DNA of 24,000 nt, from positions 53,611 through 77,610 of the forward strand of contig JBFIER010000011.1 in the NCBI GenBank assembly GCA_041603255.1, written 5' to 3'. The notes under the pieces are model-generated. The model was not told the DNA's origin and did not search any database. It saw nothing but the letters and a program-made list of their open reading frames with translations. Below, piece after piece: positions 7,163 through 12,847 of this stretch (position 1 is the stretch's first letter; every line of letters begins with the position of its first letter). Origin of the DNA: Oceanococcaceae bacterium. Its GTDB lineage: Bacteria; Pseudomonadota; Gammaproteobacteria; Nevskiales; Oceanococcaceae. The translations under genes and the position numbers were made by a program.

Positions 7163-7176
7163 AGTGAGGGAGACAT

Positions 7177-7923
7177 ATGGCTATCTCAGCATCTGCCACG
7201 CAGGCGGAGAAGGATGCGCATCGCATCAATGTTCAGTTCGATACGCTCATCATTCCATTGGTGGTGCTGGTGTTCGCTGCGGTTTTCAGCTTTCACTTCG
7301 CGCTGTTGGTGGGGGATTGGGACTACTGGATCGACTGGCGTGACCGCCGTTGGTGGCCGCTGGTTACGCCGTTGGCCATTACTGTCATCCCGGCGGTATT
7401 CGGCTACTTTCTCTGGGAGCGTTTGCGCCTCCCGCTGGCGGCGACGCTGTCTTTTCTCGCCTTGGGTGTGGCTGCCTGGATCAGCCGCTATCTGAACTTT
7501 CACCTGTTCGCGAACTTCCCGATGAACATGGTGTGGCCCTCCACCTTCATCGGCCTGGGCTTGATCATCGACTGCGTGCTGTTGCTGACACGGAGCTGGT
7601 TCTGGACCGGCCTGTTCGGCGCCTTCGCCGTCGGCTTGCTGATCTATCCGCTCAACTGGCCGCTGCTCGCGCCCTTTCAGGTGCCGGTGGAAATTCACGG
7701 CACGATGCTGACCGTGGCCGACCTGATGGGCTTTGAATACGTGCGTACCGCGATACCGGAATACGTGCGCATTATCGAGGAGTCCACGTTGCGAACCTTC
7801 GGGGAGGCGGTCACGCCATTGACAGCCGTCTTTGCCGGCTTCCTCAACATCATGAATTACTGGCTGTGGGTATGGGTCGGGTATCTCGCTGCGAAGGCCA
7901 TCTGGCTGCGTCGTATCGTCTGA
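7177..7923 (+). CDS. pmoA: Copper membrane monooxygenase subunit A (PmoA/AmoA family)
   Basis: GDWDYWIDWRDRRWWP, NFPMNMVWPSTF, ADLMGFEYVRTAIPEYVRIIEESTLRTFG. These closely parallel the PmoA/AmoA signatures GDWDFWVDWKDRRMWP and [36 protein letters not shown] Shine-Dalgarno upstream. Confidence 0.9.
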   Translation: MAISASATQAEKDAHRINVQFDTLIIPLVVLVFAAVFSFHFALLVGDWDYWIDWRDRRWWPLVTPLAITVIPAVFGYFLWERLRLPLAATLSFLALGVAAWISRYLNFHLFANFPMNMVWPSTFIGLGLIIDCVLLLTRSWFWTGLFGAFAVGLLIYPLNWPLLAPFQVPVEIHGTMLTVADLMGFEYVRTAIPEYVRIIEESTLRTFGEAVTPLTAVFAGFLNIMNYWLWVWVGYLAAKAIWLRRIV

Positions 7924-7941
7924 TTTCCCGAGGAGAGATTC

Positions 7942-9168
7942 ATGCACAAATCAATTATGTGGGCGCTGGTTGCTCTGCTCGGGCTGTGGCTTCCGGTACA
8001 GGAGGCATGGGCGCACGGTGAGCGGGCGCAGATGCCGCAGCTCCGGATGCGCACGGTTCACTGGATGGATGTGGCCCTGTCACATTCCAAAATCGATGTG
8101 AACGATACGGTCAAGATCACCGGCAGCTTCATTCCGTCGGAGTACTGGCCGGATCACGTGGCCAGCATCGAGGATGTGGCCTTTCTCAATATCGGTGTCC
8201 CGGGGCCGTCTTTCGTGCGCCTGGATTCGCGGGTCAACGGGGTGCCGATGATCCGTTCCACCGGGTTCGAGAAAGGCAAGCTCTATCACTTCGAAGTGTT
8301 GCTCAAGGCCCGCAAGGCCGGCCGTGTGCACGTGCACCCGGTCATCAACGTCAAGGACACCGGCCCGATTATCGGCCCGGGCTTGTGGCTGGAAGTAAAC
8401 GAGGGCGCAGTGCCGTTCGAGAACACGGCCACCACCCTTTTGGGCAAGACCATCGACCTGGAAACCTACGGGTTTGCGAATGCGGCCATGTGGTCGGCAT
8501 TGTGGGGAGTGATCGGTCTGGCCTGGTTCGTGTACTGGCTGATGAAGTGTCCCATCGTCATTCCGCGGTTCAAACGCGCCGCCGAATTGGGCAAGGATGC
8601 GGATGAAATGATCACGCCAACGGATCGCAAGGTGGGCGCGGTGTTCCTGTCGCTGACCTTGCTGGTGATGCTCGGCGGGTACAAATACGCCAACGAGCGT
8701 TGGCCGATCACGACCCCGCTGCAAACCGGACGGATCAAAACACCGGGCCTGGAAGCCTACGACGGCACCGTCAAGGCGGATCTGGTCAGCGCGCGCTACC
8801 GCATTCCGGGCCGCAGTTTCCGGATGGAAATGGAAGTCACGAACAACGGCAGTTCGCCGCTGCGGGTGGGCGAATTTGCCGCCGGCGGTTTGCGCTTCAT
8901 CAATGCCGAGGTGCTTCAGGTGGCGCCCCGGGATGCGGATGACCTCATCGCTCCGGATGCGCTGCGTGTGGACGGCGGCGCGATTCCCGCCGGTGAAACC
9001 CGCACCATCGTGGTCTACGCTGATGACGCGATGTGGGAAACTCAGCGGATGACCACGATGATCGCGTCACCCGACGCCATCGTCGCTGGCATGCTGTTTT
9101 TCTTCGATGCTGAAGGCCGTCGCTACCCGCTGGAAATTGGCGGGACCATGATTCCGGAATTTGTCTGA
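7942..9168 (+). CDS. pmoB: Copper membrane monooxygenase subunit B (PmoB/AmoB family)
   Basis: A signal peptide ending AWA exposes an N-terminal His (H25, nt 8014-8016) in HGERAQMPQLRMRTVHWMD. The GRVHVHPVINV motif (H130/H132) completes the CuB-type His-brace ligand set. Two central TM helices (AAMWSALWGVIGLAWFVYWLM and VGAVFLSLTLLVMLGGY) separate two soluble domains, as in PmoB. Confidence 0.9.
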   Translation: MHKSIMWALVALLGLWLPVQEAWAHGERAQMPQLRMRTVHWMDVALSHSKIDVNDTVKITGSFIPSEYWPDHVASIEDVAFLNIGVPGPSFVRLDSRVNGVPMIRSTGFEKGKLYHFEVLLKARKAGRVHVHPVINVKDTGPIIGPGLWLEVNEGAVPFENTATTLLGKTIDLETYGFANAAMWSALWGVIGLAWFVYWLMKCPIVIPRFKRAAELGKDADEMITPTDRKVGAVFLSLTLLVMLGGYKYANERWPITTPLQTGRIKTPGLEAYDGTVKADLVSARYRIPGRSFRMEMEVTNNGSSPLRVGEFAAGGLRFINAEVLQVAPRDADDLIAPDALRVDGGAIPAGETRTIVVYADDAMWETQRMTTMIASPDAIVAGMLFFFDAEGRRYPLEIGGTMIPEFV

Positions 9169-9764
9169 TGAAGTTGTTGTCTGCACTGCTTCTGCTGTTT
9201 CTCGCCGTGGGCGTGGCCACCGAAGTCTCCGCTCACGGTGGGGTCTCGGTGGAAGACGATGCCTGTGTCATGCGCATTGGTCCGTATCGGGCGCATTTCA
9301 CGGGCTACCAACCCGAGCTGCGGGCAACCCAGGAATTCTGCGAAGACATTCCGGAAACGGCCTCGGCCATCATCGTGCTGGACTTCATCGATGGCGAGCT
9401 GCGCGATCAGGAAATGGCCTTCTACCTGTTGCGCGATGACAAGGGCATTGGCAAAACTGCGACCTTCAAGGATCTCGGGTCGATGGACGCGGTGCGTTCA
9501 GACTGCATCCTGTGCGTGGAGCCCAAGAAGTATCCTCGTGGCACAATCACGCTGGACTACCCTTTCACCGAAGGAGGCTGGTACATCGGCGTGCTGGAGG
9601 CGCGAAATCCGGAAACGGGCGAGACCATCCATTCGGTGTTTCCCTTCCAGGTTGGCGTGCGTCACTACTGGGGTTTTGTCATCGCAGGCCTGATCGTGGT
9701 GGCGCTCTCGGTGTTGCTCTACCGCGTTACCGGAAGAAACCTTGCGAGTAAAAACACGGCTTGA
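9168..9764 (+). CDS. Membrane-anchored periplasmic protein of unknown function in the PmoD/AmoD syntenic position (candidate copper protein)
   Basis: The ATG overlaps the pmoB stop (TGATG). A signal peptide ending VSA exposes His23 (HGGVSVEDDAC). There are four Cys, including C113-x2-C116 (SDCILCVEP, nt 9504-9515). A single C-terminal TM helix (HYWGFVIAGLIVVALSVLLYRV) follows. The architecture (signal peptide, about 140-aa periplasmic domain, one C-terminal TM) and the position between xmoB and copC match PmoD/AmoD/AmoE. I cannot confirm homology by eye. Confidence 0.45.
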   Translation: MKLLSALLLLFLAVGVATEVSAHGGVSVEDDACVMRIGPYRAHFTGYQPELRATQEFCEDIPETASAIIVLDFIDGELRDQEMAFYLLRDDKGIGKTATFKDLGSMDAVRSDCILCVEPKKYPRGTITLDYPFTEGGWYIGVLEARNPETGETIHSVFPFQVGVRHYWGFVIAGLIVVALSVLLYRVTGRNLASKNTA

Positions 9765-10156
9765 ATGACATGCGAGTACCCACCCGCTGGCACCATATTC
9801 TCACGACACTTGCGCTGACCCTGATCTCCGGGGCCGTTTGCGCACATGCCGCGCTGGTTCGCTCCGTTCCCGGCACGCGTGCCGTACTGCAGGGTTCGCC
9901 AACGCAAATCGAGCTGTGGTTCAACGAGGCGGTCGAGGAGTCGTTTTCGACGATCACGCTGGTGGCCCCGGGCGATGTCGAGGTGCAGCTGGGAAAACCC
10001 CATGTGGATTCCAGTGATCCCTACCGTCTGGCCGTGGATCTGCCCGCGCTGAGTCCGGGGCGCTATACCGTTCGCTATCGCGTGCTGTCCAAAGATGGGC
10101 ACCTGGTGGAATACGGATACCAGTTCGTGTTGGAGTCTGCGCCCGAACGCCCGTGA
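9761..10156 (+). CDS. copC: CopC-family periplasmic copper-binding protein (Cu(II)-site-only type)
   Basis: A signal peptide ending VCA exposes HAALVRSVPG (the N-terminal His of the CopC Cu(II) site). VRYRVLSKDGHLVEYGYQF is the CopC C-terminal signature (DGH). The mature protein has no Met, so the Met-rich Cu(I) site is absent. The start is either TTG 9761, overlapping the upstream stop, or ATG 9770. Confidence 0.85.
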   Translation: MNDMRVPTRWHHILTTLALTLISGAVCAHAALVRSVPGTRAVLQGSPTQIELWFNEAVEESFSTITLVAPGDVEVQLGKPHVDSSDPYRLAVDLPALSPGRYTVRYRVLSKDGHLVEYGYQFVLESAPERP

Positions 10157-12159
10157 TCGAATCTCTCGGCGTTGCAGGGCGCATGGTGTTCCTGCTGGGC
10201 GCACTGGGAGCAGTGGGCAGCGCCGGTTTCCTGCTTTTAGCTCCCGCGGCATCCGCACCGGCTTCTGCGGTGAGCGCCTGGCGCCTGATGTGGTTCTGGC
10301 GGTTGGGGTTTTTCCCGTTGCTGATCGGGCTGGGCCTGGCGCTGCAATTGCTGGCGCAGGCACTGAACCTCATGGGGCCGGAACTCGCCAAGGCCTTGCA
10401 TCCCGAAGTACTCGAGCCGCTGCTGCGACGAACCAATTTCGGTTGGGTCTGGAGCGCCCGGCTCGCTGCGATGTTCCTGCTGGTCTTGTTCTGGGCGGGC
10501 ACGCTGGGCATGAAGCGCGGGGATCGCCGGTACAGCGCCGCTCCGGTACTGGTGCTGGCAGCGCTGGCCGCCATGATCGGCCCTTTTGCCGGGCATAGTT
10601 CCGGCGCCGAATCACCCCCTTTGATGATGAGCCTGAATGCGCTGCACATCCTCGCGGCGGGGCTGTGGGCGGGTGCGCTGCCGTGCTGGGTAAGCTGGGC
10701 ACGCCTGAATCGGGTGCAGGCTGCCGCGCCCAATGCCATCGATACGGTGCGGCGATTTTCAACCCTTGCTGCCGGGTGCGTGGTGATCCTGCTGCTCAGC
10801 GGCGTGTGGCTTGCGGATGAGTTCGTTGAACACCTCGGTGATTTGCTCGGGACCCGTTATGGCCTGCTGATCGTCGTCAAGGTTGGGTTTTTTGCTGCGG
10901 CGCTGCTGTTGGCCAATCGCATACGTCACCGGCTGCTGGAAATGCCGAAAGGGGGCGGTGCGGGCCACTCGGGCTTTTTCGCCGGTGTCGTTATGTCGGC
11001 GCGGGGTGAGCTATTGGCGGTGCTGCTGGTGGTCATCGCTGCGGGTGCGTTGGCGCAGACTACGCCGGCGATTCACGATCAGCCGGTCTGGTTCCTGCCG
11101 TTTCGGGTATCCCCCGAAGCCGCCTGGGATGCCTGGCCGGAAGCCTTGTACGGTGGCCTTTATGGCCTGCTGGCTTTGCTGGCTCTGGGGCTCTGGGGGG
11201 GCGGCCGGGTCTGGAAGAAACCGCTGCCGACGCCACTTGCGTGGGGATTGCTGCCGACCGTACTGGTGGGGGGCAGCGGGGCGTTGTACTGGTTCTCCGT
11301 TCCCGCTTACCCGGATACCTATCGGCGTTCGGATGTGCCGTATCTGGCAGCGTCCGTGGTCCAGGGACAGTTGCTGTTCGAGCAGCACTGCGTCTCCTGC
11401 CATGGCAGCGGTGGGTTGGGAGATGGCAAGCAGGCCGCCTATCTGCCGGTGCCACCGGCCGACCTGAGCGAACCCCATACATCGCTGCATACGGCCGGCG
11501 ACATGTACTGGTGGTTCACGCATGGTATTCCCCAGAGCGGTATGCCCGGTTTCGCCGGCAAGCTGAGTGAGCAGGATCGCTGGGATCTGGTCAATTTCCT
11601 GCGGGCCTTCTCGCGTGGGTTCGAGGCCCGTGTATTGCGCGATGTGATCGTGCCGCGCGACCCCTGGCTGGGGGCGCCCAATTTCTACTTCGACAGCCCG
11701 GCCGGGTTTTCCGAGCTGAAGGCGTTGCGGGAGACCCACACCGCACTGCTGGTGTTCGCGGATTATGCGAATCCGCAGAGCCAGGAGCGCCTGGCGGCAC
11801 TGGATCGTGCGCAGCCTCGACTGCAGCAGGCCGGTTTGCGGATTTTGGTGGTGCCGATCAACCCGGAGCTGCCCGAGCCGGCGTTGCCCGCGCTGCAAAT
11901 TGTGCGCAACGAGGCGCGGCCGATCTGGGCGACCTACAGCCTGTTGTCACGCAGCCTGGCTGATCGGGGTGACGATGACGCGCTGGGGGTGCAGCGTACG
12001 CATGTGGAATTTCTGGTCGACCGGTTTGGTTATCTGCGGGCGCGATGGATACCCGGAGAGTCCAGCGGTTGGACAGATATCGAGCGTTTGCTGACTCAGG
12101 TAAATGCCTTGATGACGGAACCGGAAATCGAGCCGCCGCCTGACGACCACGTGCATTAA
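10153..12159 (+). CDS. copD: CopD-family membrane protein fused to a mono-heme c-type cytochrome and a Cys-less thioredoxin/redoxin-like C-terminal domain (668 aa)
   Basis: The GTG start overlaps the copC stop (GTGA). The N-terminal ~300 aa are polytopic with CopD-like FAGHSSGAE and LHILAAGLWAGALP. More TM helices extend to about aa 395. CVSCHGSGGLGDG (C413-x2-C416-H417, nt 11389-11403) plus a downstream GMPGF give a class I cytochrome c. From about aa 500-650, TALLVFADYANPQSQERL...GLRILVVPINPE...HVEFLVDRFGYLRARW looks like an AhpC/TSA/redoxin fold, but ANPQS (nt 11767-11781) sits where CxxC is expected. Confidence 0.8.
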   Translation: MIESLGVAGRMVFLLGALGAVGSAGFLLLAPAASAPASAVSAWRLMWFWRLGFFPLLIGLGLALQLLAQALNLMGPELAKALHPEVLEPLLRRTNFGWVWSARLAAMFLLVLFWAGTLGMKRGDRRYSAAPVLVLAALAAMIGPFAGHSSGAESPPLMMSLNALHILAAGLWAGALPCWVSWARLNRVQAAAPNAIDTVRRFSTLAAGCVVILLLSGVWLADEFVEHLGDLLGTRYGLLIVVKVGFFAAALLLANRIRHRLLEMPKGGGAGHSGFFAGVVMSARGELLAVLLVVIAAGALAQTTPAIHDQPVWFLPFRVSPEAAWDAWPEALYGGLYGLLALLALGLWGGGRVWKKPLPTPLAWGLLPTVLVGGSGALYWFSVPAYPDTYRRSDVPYLAASVVQGQLLFEQHCVSCHGSGGLGDGKQAAYLPVPPADLSEPHTSLHTAGDMYWWFTHGIPQSGMPGFAGKLSEQDRWDLVNFLRAFSRGFEARVLRDVIVPRDPWLGAPNFYFDSPAGFSELKALRETHTALLVFADYANPQSQERLAALDRAQPRLQQAGLRILVVPINPELPEPALPALQIVRNEARPIWATYSLLSRSLADRGDDDALGVQRTHVEFLVDRFGYLRARWIPGESSGWTDIERLLTQVNALMTEPEIEPPPDDHVH

Positions 12160-12184
12160 CAATCAACTTCTAGAGGAATCGATC

Positions 12185-12679
12185 ATGTTCAATACCAAAC
12201 TTCCCCGGGTTTCGGCGCTGGCCGCCTGCATGACGCTGGCCGTGACGGCCTTCACCGCTATTGCCAATGACAAAAACGATGCCCACAGCATGCACGAGGG
12301 GCACATGATGCACGCTGGTGATGCGTCCATGAAAAAGAACGCCGGCAGTTATCCGGAATTGAAGATCCTGCTGCCGCAGGACGGCGCGACCGTCAGCTCG
12401 CAATTGGCCGTGGTGTTTTCAACGCCGGGACATATGGCGGATCTCACCATGGGCGCGCCGACACCGGGCGTCCACCTGCATATTGATACCCAGGATGTGT
12501 CGTTGATGCCGACGATGCAGCAGCTGGTCTCCCTGGGCGGCGGCAACTATCTGTTTCTGTTTGATCTGCCGGTCAAGCCGGGCGCGCACAAGATCAACGT
12601 GTACTGGTCCGATGCGCAGCACAAGACCATTCAGGAGTCGGTGCGCTCCATCACCGTCACGGTGCCAGCAAAGCGGTGA
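12185..12679 (+). CDS. Periplasmic His/Met-rich protein with a DUF4399-like beta-sandwich domain (candidate copper-binding protein)
   Basis: GAGGA Shine-Dalgarno and a signal peptide ending AIA. A HSMHEGHMMHAGDASM tract (nt 12284-12331) resembles periplasmic Cu(I) Met/His motifs. The body (ELKILLPQDGATVSS..., GVHLHIDTQD..., GAHKINVYWSD...ITVTV) resembles my recollection of DUF4399 (GHHHLLID..., GxHxL...). Confidence 0.55.
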   Translation: MFNTKLPRVSALAACMTLAVTAFTAIANDKNDAHSMHEGHMMHAGDASMKKNAGSYPELKILLPQDGATVSSQLAVVFSTPGHMADLTMGAPTPGVHLHIDTQDVSLMPTMQQLVSLGGGNYLFLFDLPVKPGAHKINVYWSDAQHKTIQESVRSITVTVPAKR

Positions 12680-12695
12680 ATTTTCGGGTTTTTTA

Positions 12696-12742
12696 GATAG
12701 GGATAGTGGAAGACCCAACTAAAGTTAGGTGATCCCCCTATC
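12696..12742 (+). promoter_or_regulatory. Candidate operator: inverted GATAGGG / CCCTATC half-sites upstream of the RND-DUF1329-BNR-DUF1302 operon
   Basis: GATAGGG at 12696-12702, with an adjacent imperfect ATAGTGG, and CCCCCTATC at 12734-12742. The same 8-mer CCCCTATC plus TAGGGGG occurs at 4180-4200, upstream of the paralogous minus-strand operon. Both regions also contain GGAAGA when read in the direction of transcription. Confidence 0.25.
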
Positions 12743-12847
12743 AGCGGGTACGTACCATCACTCCACAGTCAGGCGTGCTGTCCGTACGCCTGAATTACGT
12801 GCGAGAGACACCCGCGTCGAAAGACCGGAAACGAGGGGACAATCAAG

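Noticed and set aside
6305-9168. Calling the enzyme a particulate methane monooxygenase or ammonia monooxygenase, and the organism a methanotroph or nitrifier.
   Set aside because: The family assignment is solid, but substrate cannot be deduced from the motifs I can read. The gene symbols pmoCAB are used only as family labels.
12680-12700. The T-run (TTTTTT at 12689-12694) after the last operon gene as an intrinsic terminator.
   Set aside because: I could not find a convincing GC-rich stem immediately upstream of the T-run. The nearest hairpin (CACCG-TCA-CGGTG, 12652-12664) is inside the coding region and too far away. The operon may still end here, but I cannot support a terminator call.
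12747-12793. The GGTACGTACC perfect palindrome (12747-12756) and the TCAGGCGT-N9-ACGCCTGA stem-loop (12769-12793) upstream of the RND gene, as specific regulatory sites.
   Set aside because: Both are real in the sequence, but they are short and have no counterpart upstream of the paralogous operon. I have no basis to assign a function and record them only as possible operator or leader structure.
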